Positions 53,901 through 64,000 of a DNA stretch of 64,000 bases are shown piece after piece (within the stretch, counting starts at the first letter, position 1; every line of letters starts with the position of its first letter). The stretch is taken from positions 15,252,001-15,316,000 of the forward strand of contig OZ076415.1 in the NCBI GenBank assembly GCA_964187785.1, read 5' to 3'. A program made the translations under genes and the position numbers. The notes below the pieces were generated by a model, which was not told where the DNA came from, ran no database searches, and saw only the letters and a list, made by a program, of their open reading frames with translations. The DNA is from Amphiscolops sp. MND2022. Taxonomy: Eukaryota.

Positions 53901-54292
53901 CTATTATCAGAAGCGAGGAGGTTTATCAAAGAAGGAGAATAATCAGGAGACTGAGACATGAGGGTGGTGGTGACCAGTTTAGCTACAGATGAAGTTGAAG
54001 TCCTCCCTGAGAGATTATTTTCGGACGAACTCTGAGATGGAATCCCTTCAATAATCTCGATGGCACTCGGTAGACGATTCAGGACAACCTCTTGTGTTGG
54101 CATGGCAGCGTTTGACGCAGCTTCTGATCCATTGGGACCGTGGGTCTTTTCAGCTACATTTGGATTATTGCTTGTAGACGTTTCTTCTGTATTACTAGTC
54201 CCTGGCAACACTAGTTTTGGTTGGCCGTTTGCTTCTTTTCCTAAACGGAAAGAAATAAATTCACGCGGCTCACTTCCTGCAAAAACATCCAT
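50942..54292 (-). CDS. Element D antisense spliced gene (~1000 aa): disordered N-terminus, C2H2/BED-like finger, inactive hAT-transposase-like core
   Basis: Exon 54292-52175 (706 codons, FYCQICKANISIYGKGAREILRHHSTEKH); intron 52174-52085 (GTAAGT..TTTTAG); exon from 52084; acceptor at 51558; exon 51557-51423; intron 51422-51353; exon 51352-51271; intron 51270-51205 (GTGAGT..TTTCAG); last exon to TAA at 50942. All resolved junctions keep frame. One donor is unresolved. Confidence 0.8.
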
Positions 54293-55432
54293 CTTGCCGC
54301 TTTGTCTAACTTCCGGAAGTGAAGTTTGTTAAAACTCAACCAAGGTTGAAAACGTTTCACGATGGAGGAAGTAAAATTAGTCGAACCTAAACCCTGATCA
54401 AGTTTAGCATAGACAAATGAAAAGAACCAACCTGACGTTACATCCATGACGGAGAACGGAATTTGTTAGCTTCAAATGTTGCGTCAAAGGGGACAATTAG
54501 CGGCTGAGGAAATATCTCTCCTATTGGCAACAACGAAGAGAGTTGTGCATTTCCCTTCCAATTGATGTGGCTGCTGAGACTACGGGTCCAATAATGAGCT
54601 GTATAGAATAGGGAAGTAGCGGAATGCTTAATCCAAATACGAATTGTAGGGCTTTAAAGAGTGAGAAATGTCGAGAACTCCAAAACAGACACAGAGACTT
54701 TAACAATGATATTCTAATAAATAATTACCAGTCCGACTTTATTAAACTTGGAGTCTAATTACATTAAAGGGCATAAAACCCATGAGTGGTTAATTACCAC
54801 TATTTGAATGGACGTCGTGGCCTATTATTTAGTTATTTCACCTACAATTACATATTACTTAACTTCACCTACAATTATCTAATTATTATCTTAATACCAT
54901 GGATTACATCTGCCAGTGAAATTCATGCCATTATTTCATGATAAGATTCATTTACTTCGAAGGCTAGTTTTAGTTTAGAGGTAAAGCCATCTTTTCAAAT
55001 TTCATCAATTTGCTATTCTTTTACCAGCGACACCCCATTGGTTGCTTCAGCTGATGTGGCCGCGCGGACCGAAGGTCTTTGATGGTGAATTTATTTACCG
55101 ACAGTTAACTCGAGTTAACACTTACTACACCTATTCACTACTATCAAGTGTTTATGCAAACAACTAGTAAGCCCCTCAAGAACCAATTAACATGAAATTT
55201 ACCTTAGTTACCAATAAGAGAAATAGAGTAAGGTTACAAATATGGAATGTTTGGCAAAACTTAGGAAAGATCAGAAAAGATGTTCCCGCCGGGAAACTCC
55301 CGCAAAAAGGGAAACCGGGGCCCTGAGTCTCTCAAAGGAAATCATTCATTCTGATTTGAAAAGCGCCAAACAGTTGATTGTCAAAACTTCAAAATTGCCA
55401 AGAAAATATTTCTACAACGATTTCTATCCAAA

Positions 55433-56251
55433 ATGGAAATGCAATTCGCTTTCGACGAGATGACAACCTCCCTTGTAAGTCCTGCTTACTTCTCGTCTGA
55501 GGTGGAAGAAATGGACGTCGACCTACTGTCAGTGTCAGTAGAAGCGACCGGACGTCACTCTGACGACAGTGACATTGAAGTTATTGCATGTTATCGTCAC
55601 GTTCCGGTGACACAACCTAATATGATCGCGCCCCGTGGGATGACGACAGACCTCTCGAGCTGTGCTGATGATGGATTTCCTGATTTCCCGTGGGAAGACT
55701 TAGAGGATCTATGGCCAGAGGAATTCCAATCCACAGAGGTTGAGCTTGGAACGGGACCGAATGCGTTAGGACAAGCAAACAATTGCCCTATCAGTCAGTG
55801 CTCCAACTTAGTCCCGTTGGTTGACACGCCTCTGTCACCTCCACTAAGTGAACAAGGCCCTAGCCATGCACGTTATGATTATTCAGGTCAGTACAATGCG
55901 AATTCCAATGCTCCCCTGAACGCACACATCCAAGGGATCAGTGTGCGGTTTGGATCACATTGTGGCGGACCGAATGCAGCAGTTTATGGCGACTGTATTG
56001 TCTGTGGACGCTCCTACGAGCAAATTCGTGAGACGGCACTTCTGGCATACCTCGAGTCAACTTCAACACGGGACGAATCGTATCAGGAACGGCAAAGACG
56101 CAGGAATGCTTACTTAGAAGGTATGAACCAAGGGACAGTACTTTTAGTCCCTAGGGGAGTGTCGCAAGCTGCCGCCTGCGACGGGAATTATTATCAAATT
56201 CCCGAGGAATGTGTGGAATCTAACCCTCAACCCGGAGTACTACCAATTTAG
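55433..56251 (+). CDS. Element D small sense accessory ORF (272 aa, acidic, CxxC) overlapping the PPT and 92 bp of U3
   Basis: Open 272-aa frame containing GDCIVCGRSYEQI...RRRNAYLEG. A homologous motif sits at the same position in element C. Confidence 0.7.
   Translation: MEMQFAFDEMTTSLVSPAYFSSEVEEMDVDLLSVSVEATGRHSDDSDIEVIACYRHVPVTQPNMIAPRGMTTDLSSCADDGFPDFPWEDLEDLWPEEFQSTEVELGTGPNALGQANNCPISQCSNLVPLVDTPLSPPLSEQGPSHARYDYSGQYNANSNAPLNAHIQGISVRFGSHCGGPNAAVYGDCIVCGRSYEQIRETALLAYLESTSTRDESYQERQRRRNAYLEGMNQGTVLLVPRGVSQAAACDGNYYQIPEECVESNPQPGVLPI
56153..56159 (+). promoter_or_regulatory. Polypurine tract of element D
   Basis: AGGGGAG immediately before the TG of the 3' LTR. Confidence 0.8.
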
Positions 56252-57851
56252 AAGTTTAATATTAAAGCGCTTTGAAATTTCGCTTAATTTTCCTTTAGTG
56301 TTGTTATTTTATATTTTACCGTGACGGACCTATGGTCCACACGGCTTCATCAGAAATTACGATTATATTTATCGGGGCTACATTTTACTGATTAAAATAA
56401 GTCCTGTGCCTGTTCTATTGAATGAATGAAATTGTGGTATTGCAGTACAAATGTAAAATAACAAGGACGATGAGTCTGCTGTTAATTACAACTAGGAAAC
56501 GAGTTCAAATGAACTCTTGTTGACGTCCGGTGTACGCACCGGCCTTATATTATTGTCCAATCACAGTGCTATACAATATGCTTGCTGTAGCTGCGCGGAC
56601 CGAAAGTCTGCCACGGTGCTATTTACTGTCACTCAGGCAGCTCAAGTACGCTTGTTGTAGCTACGCGTACCGTCGGTCCACAAAAGTGACGGCCATTTAG
56701 AAGTATAATATGAATGGTGTGATGTAGTTATTTATACTCTGAGTCCACTAGAGAAATAATAATGTATGAATTGCCCTTTATAACATTCAAAAGCCATGTA
56801 AAGTTGATGCCCGCATGTATTTGTTCGTATTTAGACATGTATGTTTCAGACTTATATAATACATACGGTCTATCTACCAACTACTATAATTCGCTTTGAT
56901 GCTATATTTAGTAGTGCAAATAGTGACGAAATATGACGTCATGAAACCTAAAATAACTTGGGAGCTATTTTTAGTAGCATGACAACCATAAATTTGTTTG
57001 TCATGCAGGAAGGACTATATATAGCAAGACCCAAGAGACCGGAGGGACTTCTTTCTGAAAACTCCACCAGAAGATATAACGTAACTGAACCGTTTTTTTG
57101 TGTGATTGCAATTTTACCTTCAATATCATTTATACGTTTTCCATCTGTTGTCAATATATACAATCAATCTGTTTCGTTAATACATTGTTGTTGTGTCTAT
57201 TTTCTTCGATGCCTTCAACACGAAAGCAAAAGGCTAAAGAGAGACGCTCCAGGCAATTAGACATGCTGTCCGACGTAGAAAACGTCGATATAATGCTAGG
57301 AAGTTACCCTAGAGGTGATGAAGAAAATATTGTTAGCGAAGATGGAGTGAATTTGGACTCAGGGTCTAGTAGACCACAACAAAGTTCAATCCTTTTGGGA
57401 GAAGATTTTAGGTCTTTACTTAACACCAATAGTAGAGAAAATAGTGAAATTGCGACTGAGACCACTAGGTTGATAAATGAAGAAATTTCCAACCAATTGT
57501 CTAAAAAGCTCAATGAGATCAAAACTAGCCTGAATTCTCAAATTCAGGATGCAATTACGACCGCAATAACGGGTACAGTGCTTCCTTCTATCCAAAATAC
57601 ACTAGAAATGCAGGGGAGACCCGATTTCACTATGGTGGACCGAAGGTCCGAAGGGCTACATCCCAGCCCAAGACCGACTGATTTCACCATAAAGGACCGA
57701 AGGTCCAGTGGGCTACAACGGAACACCGAAGTAGGAAATTCGCAGAAAACGTGGGAAAATCGTCCCAAAACGTGCTATACTCAGAAATATAATAAACTTA
57801 GGTCTAGGGAGAGTTCAGCAGACTCAATTTATAGTGACCAAGATCACGACA
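56160..57851 (+). repeat. Element D 3' LTR (1692 bp)
   Basis: Direct repeat of 42855-44517, followed by the TSD CTCCC. Confidence 0.96.
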
Positions 57852-57871
57852 CTCCCATTATCTCCCATTAA
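57209..57871 (+). CDS. LTR-encoded copy of the Gag N-terminal 214 aa, terminating in flanking DNA
   Basis: The same ATG and frame as 43875 within the 3' LTR, ending ...SDQDHD-TPIISH*. Confidence 0.5.
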   Translation: MPSTRKQKAKERRSRQLDMLSDVENVDIMLGSYPRGDEENIVSEDGVNLDSGSSRPQQSSILLGEDFRSLLNTNSRENSEIATETTRLINEEISNQLSKKLNEIKTSLNSQIQDAITTAITGTVLPSIQNTLEMQGRPDFTMVDRRSEGLHPSPRPTDFTIKDRRSSGLQRNTEVGNSQKTWENRPKTCYTQKYNKLRSRESSADSIYSDQDHDTPIISH

Positions 57872-59020
57872 ACTGTTTGCATTATTTCGAGGTTTAAACA
57901 CGCGCCCTTCTGCTGCTCAGGCTACAGGAAATCCGGTTAACTTCTCGACCAAGCGTGAGTTAGGAAATTCATTGTTTTAGTCGGGTAGCGCCGAGTGAAA
58001 AATTAGAATACGCAAAGAAAACACCAATTTTTTGGCCCTGTAGAAGGTTCTCTGGATCTCTTTAGGTAGGTACTTTGTTTTCCATGTTCAGTTGAAAATG
58101 TGTTTTTCATGAAGGATTTTCGCACTGCAATTTTTTCATTTCATTCGAAAGGTCTGATTTTTTGTTTCGTGTAGGATTTTCGGAAACTTGTTAGATTTAG
58201 CCCCTGAAAATGTCCTCGTTTGAGGGTTTGCCGTTGTTGAACGCTTGTTTTAATAACACATTTTCCTCGATCTGTCCTCCAGAGAACGGGAGGTATTGAT
58301 ATCTGGTGTTAAAGTTCTGTTTTTTTTTCAATTTTGAAAATGTCATTTTCGCTTCCTGATATGAAACTGCGCTCGATTTAACAGCTAGCTAGAACTGAAT
58401 TAACGGCCTTATTGGAGAAAATTTATTGACCGTGTCCTCGAACTGTCTCTGATGTTCGTCTCACAAGGACGACTGTGTTGTTCGACTTTGGTCAGAATGG
58501 AATTGTTATAGTATAATCAGATGGTTGGCACTGAAGATGGCAGAGACAACGCAATGGACGGGCCGAATGTGGCAGAATTGTGTGACAATGTGTACCAGGT
58601 AAATCATGTTATGCGAACAAGTTACATTGATACTTGAGACAAAAAGAACCCACAAGCGGCCGCCAGGTCACAAAACTCTCCAAGATTGGTAAAATTCGGG
58701 CAAATTCAAAAACCTCCAAATTTGAACAATGAGACTGTACCAAATTTTCGAATATTTCTAATTTCACTTGGCCAATTAGTATTACTGTCCTCATTAGCTT
58801 TCCTACAACCTAATTTCAAGCAGCAGTTAAGTGGCATGCGATGAGTGTTTCCTAGGTTGAATTTTTTCATTAAACAGGTTTCAGAGTTTCAGACTTTTGA
58901 CTCTTTCCGAGCAGACTCTATCAGAATGACGTTTTGGATTTTTTTTGAATTTCAAATCACAATTTAACAACGGGCTCACAAAACAATCGTTTTCATGCTC
59001 GCAGCTGGAGTGGGCATCAG

Positions 59021-59119
59021 AGACTACAAATTCACCGCAGACTACAAATTCACCGCAAACTACAAATTCACCGCAGACTACAAATTCACCGCAGACTACA
59101 AATTCACCGCAGACTACAA
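59021..59119 (+). repeat. 18-bp tandem repeat (AGACTACAAATTCACCGC) x5.5
   Basis: Five near-perfect head-to-tail units plus a partial unit, with no spacers. Confidence 0.95.
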
Positions 59120-60278
59120 CTCCACAGGTGACAAGATCATCTCCAGGAAGTGAGAAGAAAGGAAACGGAGGAACCTTGGAAACTGCACTGACTGTTGTTC
59201 TGTGCGTTCCGCTATTATCGTCAATGCAACTTATCTGAGGAATGGAAGGAGCAATGTTTCCTTCTCCATATAAATACCATGATGCTTGAACATCTACTTT
59301 GAACCGAAACACCAAACAATGAACATGCAACAAACGAAGCACTTTATTTTGGGGAACACTGTTGCTTCCATTTGTGGTTGTCTATAGATTGGTTATCTAT
59401 AAGAAGCCAAATTTTAGATGTAAGCAAAACTAGCTGTCCATGAAGCATTAGATCATTTATTTGGACATTGCTACATATTCAAGAATTGTGTAAAAAGTTA
59501 TTTCATTGACATCAACTCCAAAATCAAGTGCGATACTTCTTTTCACTCCATACGTGCATTTTTGCATCAGTCTTTTTTTCGGACCAGAGAAAACTTATCT
59601 TCAATAAACTGGCCTTATCTGGACAGTTGACCAAAGAAATAACTTTGAATGAAATGCAAAAATACGAATATTCTGAATGTTATTATATTTCAATGATATA
59701 TAGAAGAATAATCAATCTTATTCCAATAGATTTATTAAGTCCCAGTACCTGTTTTGAATTCCTAGAAGTCAATTTTGGGGCAAAGAATCTAAATAGTGAA
59801 ACTGAGAATTGCCACTCGAAGATAATTTCTGGCAATGCACGAGCCCCAGAATGGGCACCACATGTAAGAAGCGCAGTCAGAGAACTGAAAGATGCGGAAC
59901 TGAACTTGCTAAGTAGAAATCAAATATCTTCATCTACATGCGATAGTGTATCCAAAAATAGATAAAGTAAAGTTACGAAACAGAACTAGGTCCAAATAGT
60001 GAAAAGATATGATAGTTAATACTGATTTTTTGAACATCTGTTACTAGTTGAAAAAGATAATCTCGGAGAAAAAATACGGAGAAATTTTGTTGAGCAGCTG
60101 CAGAGTTTCAAAGTTAACTGTTGTGCGCTTCCAGTAGACATCGAGAAAATCAGTTTCTGTAATCAAGTATACCGACAGCGTAAAAACTTCGAAGATCAAT
60201 AACAGACAATGTCATGATGAACAATTGGAGTTTTGTCCACCTGTGGCACACTTTGTGTTCAATACAAACCTCGGGGGC

Positions 60279-61471
60279 TGTCATGCCCCAATGGCATGAG
60301 GAAGATACAGAAATTCTAGAAACAATTCATTTCATACCAAATCCCGGAAGTACAAATCGCCTTATAACAGTACTATAATGAATAGAATGCTAAACAGTTA
60401 TCCTAAACAAGTGACTACCGGCCTATCCAGTAGTCGAACGCAGTTTATATATTCATCAATTAACATTTCAATACTACACCTAAATAGCAACACAATAACG
60501 ACTGGAACTAACAGTCATCAACCGGTACATATACTGATAAAATAGTTATTATCCTGTATTGTTTAAATATACAAGTAATTATGACTGGAATCATCAGTCG
60601 TCAATGTCATATTTCATCAGTTTGTTAGTCTAAACTCAGCATTTAAACATATATTCCCACATGTAAGACTGGAGTACTCAGTCATCATTTTCATCTATTC
60701 GACATAGCTGTGTAGTTTATCAAGTTTCATAACGTAAATTTTCGCGCCATTACCTACATATTTAATCATAATTCATGACATCAAGTGCAGTATCAGAAGA
60801 GTTACCATGACTACCGAAATATACAGTCATTACTTTAATCCCACAGTAGAAAATGTAAAAGCAGGTGCTGAAGCCATTAAAGCGTAAAATATTATTGAAA
60901 TAGTTAGTACAAAAATTGGTTGCTATAACGACCGGTACTCGCGGTCGTCTCTTCAGTTGAAGTTGAAAGTAGTGCTCAATTAACACCTGCAAAGTGCGAA
61001 GAGCGTCTAATCCGAAAACAGCCATTACGAGTTTCCCTACCTTGCTACACGGTTGATAAAATATTAACAAAATACCAACGTTCTAACAAACAATTTTACT
61101 TGTATTCCAACTTCAGTACTCCAATAAAGTCTTAAAACTTCCTATATTTTTATCTTCCACGGTAAATACAATATCTCAGAATCACGACAATATTACGTTA
61201 GAGAGCACAAGGACGAGCGACAATGAAAGCGAAACCAGTTTCCCTGAATTCCTTACTAGGGAACAAATGATAGAGTTTGACAGTCATGATATCCTAAATC
61301 GACAAAACAACACTGAAAGGAACGTGATCGACCAGCGGTTTGATGAAATGAATAGACAAATCGGAGAACTTACTGACCTAGTTTTAGCCCTTACTTAACA
61401 GATATCCTATAATCCTAGAGAAGGGAATGGACTGAACGCTGTGACAACTAGTTCCAACAGTCGTTCCGACA
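60279..61471 (+). repeat. Element E LTR (~1.2 kb)
   Basis: Starts TGTCATGCCCC after a G-run and ends TCCGACA before the PBS. No second copy is in the window, so the start is inferred by analogy with B-D. Confidence 0.55.
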
Positions 61472-64000
61472 TGGTGACAGGAGTCCTGAACCCACAACCA
61501 TCGGTCTCACGAACCACTCCACCAAACGGGACACCCAGAAGTGATGACGCTTGCGCCCGACAATTAACCGATGTGATGACAAAAATCCATCACCTACGCG
61601 ACTCCATGGGCGACACGATTACCCAATCGAAAATTTTACAAATTCAAGTCCCGCTGTTCAAAGGAGTCAGAGAAAGTAAAAGGAGTTTGAGCATCTACTA
61701 CTCAATCATCTGCGGCCGCACGCCCACAAATTGACAGAAGAGCAGAAACTTAATTATTTCGAGAGTCTTCTGAGAGATGACACCATTGAATTTTGACAAA
61801 ATCTGACCATCACAACGGAAACTACTCTGAAAGTTATACTTGCGACTTTCAAAAAAGAGTACGCAAAAGAGGAGCTCACAAAAGTCTCAAATTCAAGTTT
61901 GATCAACTCCGATACGACCCAACCACAGACTCATTCAGCACTTTCCTCGAAAATTACAAGAAAGTAGCTAAACAAGTTTACGGAGACAAGGCACAGGAAG
62001 TTGTCAAGACATTCCTTTTCGCTAAATTACCCATTCAGCTCCAGAACGAGTGTCAATTGCTGGTAAACATGACGCCAGTATCGAAGAAATAAAAACTTTT
62101 GTACAGAGAAGATTCCAATACGCTCAACTATTGCCAAATCAACAACTCCTCCAACCATTCAACCAGGATGTCCAAACACAAGAAGCTCCGAGCAAACCAG
62201 GCACTAAGAAACAAATTGAGGCCGACACACCCCAGGCCAAGAAGAAGTTCGATGGAACCTGCCAATATTGTGCAATCTATGGCAACAAATGGGCTGAGTG
62301 CCGAAAACGACAGCGAGACGCTGCAGCAGGCCACAACAATTCCCAAGCCCACAAGACGTCTGAACCACAAACTAATGCCCAATCAGAATCACAACCAAAA
62401 TTCAACGCTAAATTAGTGTGCCAACTTTGTGGATACACAGGCCATTCCGCAAAAAGATTGCCGCTACCGAATTCCACAGACGTCAGCATACGGAAGTGTG
62501 CCCTACAACAGACAGTCCACATCAGACAATAGAGACTTTCGACGCTACTTCAGGAGAGCCCAAAATGGTCACTACCCAACCAATGAATTGACGGATCAAA
62601 CACCAACGAACCAACAAGCAGAGATGAATAATGACTACTACTAGAAATACGTCGATAACTCTTCCAACCAACCAAAAAACTTCTGAAGGCACGTCATCCA
62701 AACGACTACTACAAAAAATGCGCGCGACATAAACACCCATTACTACACTAAAAACTTTAAAACTCAGACAATTGATCATCGGCAGGATCAGGAACCTACA
62801 ACTGTAATAACTAAGAAAATGAATAACAACAGAGAGCATCCTTGTGATCCTTGCCATATGCCAACTAAAACTCCACTTCAAACGACAGAAGACTCACAAC
62901 CTCCAAATGATACTCTCATGATGAACTACCAGAAGAAAAAGACTCCGGCACGGAAAAAAGACGTGGGAAACCAACTCTTGACTGCACCACTTCAATTAAA
63001 TAAAAAGGAAAGAAAGCTGTAGGTACCTCTCCAATCTCTGCAGTACGAGAATGGTCTTCTTGACACAGGGGCAATCCAGAGCGCGATGTCCGAAGATGAA
63101 CTCAGACGAATCCTCTCAGCCCACCATGCAGCAATTCTAGAAGAGTACCCAGCATCGGTTTTCAAGGTCCAAATTGCAAACGGGATCATTGTCCCGGTCT
63201 GGAAACAGGTACTTCTTCGCTTCTTCAAAGGGGTCAAAATCTTCGAAGAGACCGACATGATCCTCCCCACCATGGGTAACATCTTGATTGGCTTGTCCTT
63301 TTTTAAGACGTACTTAGTGACACTTGACCTCGCCAAAGTGTAGTCAGATTTCCGGACATTACATTGCAAGTCAAACCAGAACGAGGACGATACAAGATCC
63401 AAATGATCGAACTGCGGACAACACAGAAGACAGTGATACAACCAGACCACCAACTCATCGTCCCTGTCCTAGCGGAAAGGGACCTCGGCACAATCCAGGG
63501 CACAATGGAGAACTTTCCTGCGTTCGAAAGAAAGACACAACTACTGGTGTCCCCAGCCCTGGCGCAAATAGCCGAAATGAAGAGTCACGTCCAAATTACC
63601 AACCTAACTAGTCACACAATTACGCTCAACCCGAACACGACAGTGGCTATATTCAGGATAAAGACTCCCAATCAAGCAAAAAACTTGCAACCAATGTCGA
63701 ATGAGCAACTCACGCTGATAACTAAATATCCAGATGAAGCCACTAATGTCATGAACCAACTGTTCCAAGAACCGGGCACAAACAATGATCGTCGTTGGTA
63801 CCCCACACCGGTGACATGTGATGACCCGTCAAAGCTGAACCGTATTGAAAAAAGGATAAACGGCGAAATCACCAAACTTCGTGAGGAAGAAAAATTAGAC
63901 CCAACAGCAGACCAACAACGCAAGGCCTTCCTTGCCAACTTCCAATGGGAGAACTCAATTTTGACTGAACAAGAACAACAACAAATAGAGAAACTCCTAA
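61200..64000 (+). pseudogene. gag-pol: Element E gag-pol 5' part, degenerate, runs off the window
   Basis: Coiled-coil-like DQRFDEMNRQIGELTDL; KFKFDQLRYDPTTDSFSTFLENYKK..LFAKLPIQLQ; knuckles CQYCAIYGNKWAEC and CQLCGYTGHSAK; protease GLLDTGAIQSAM; WYPTPVTCDDPSKLN. Confidence 0.9.
61472..61484 (+). promoter_or_regulatory. PBS TGGTGACAGGAGT of element E
   Basis: Follows GACA and is read in frame as RSD-MVTG-V. Confidence 0.85.

Larger units (their letters stand above)
42855..57851 (+). mobile_element. Element D: near-intact full-length Ty3/gypsy LTR retrotransposon (~15 kb) with two accessory genes
   Basis: Perfect 5-bp TSD CTCCC (42850-42854 and 57852-57856), TG..CA LTRs, PBS 44518-44529, PPT 56153-56159, and long gag and pol ORFs. 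Confidence 0.97.

Noticed and set aside
50942-54292. Independent hAT DNA transposon nested in the retrotransposon
   Set aside because: No TIRs or 8-bp TSD were seen, the catalytic acidic residues appear absent, and homologs occupy the same position and orientation in three diverged elements.
57900-58060. Zinc-finger-like WCFLC...NFLTHAW on the minus strand as a fourth antisense gene
   Set aside because: The frame has stops and no second His, and a competing frame looks equally protein-like, so it cannot be called.
59021-59119. CRISPR-like array
   Set aside because: The units are head-to-tail with no unique spacers, in a eukaryotic context with no cas genes.
59950-60250. BEL/Pao RT motif (ALPVDIEK resembling ALxADIEK)
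   Set aside because: It is a single short match with no flanking RT motifs, and the region fits equally well as a decayed pre-PPT ORF.

Overview
AT-rich eukaryotic (probably invertebrate animal) DNA made almost entirely of large Ty3/gypsy LTR retrotransposons lying side by side, with one 200-N gap (9681-9880). I found no tRNA, rRNA or CRISPR. Five elements can be delimited. A (minus, <1-~9600) is degenerate and carries an F-type env. B (minus, 10335-~23703) has 2.1-kb LTRs. C (plus, 23775-42772) has TSD TGATG/TGGTG and an internal 2.55-kb tandem duplication. D (plus, 42855-57851) has a perfect CTCCC TSD and is nearly intact. E (plus) has an LTR at 60279-61471 and runs off the right end. Main observation: B, C and D are diverged from each other but share one unusual layout: LTR (encoding the Gag N-terminus) - PBS TGGTGACAGGAG read in frame as MVTG - gag - pol - an ANTISENSE gene with GT-AG introns - an AT-rich divergent spacer - a small sense ORF running through the PPT into U3 - LTR. 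The antisense gene looks like a zinc-finger, catalytically dead hAT-transposase derivative. Three fully resolved intron positions and phases, plus one further acceptor, are conserved between C and D. All family assignments come from motif recognition by eye; no database searches were run.
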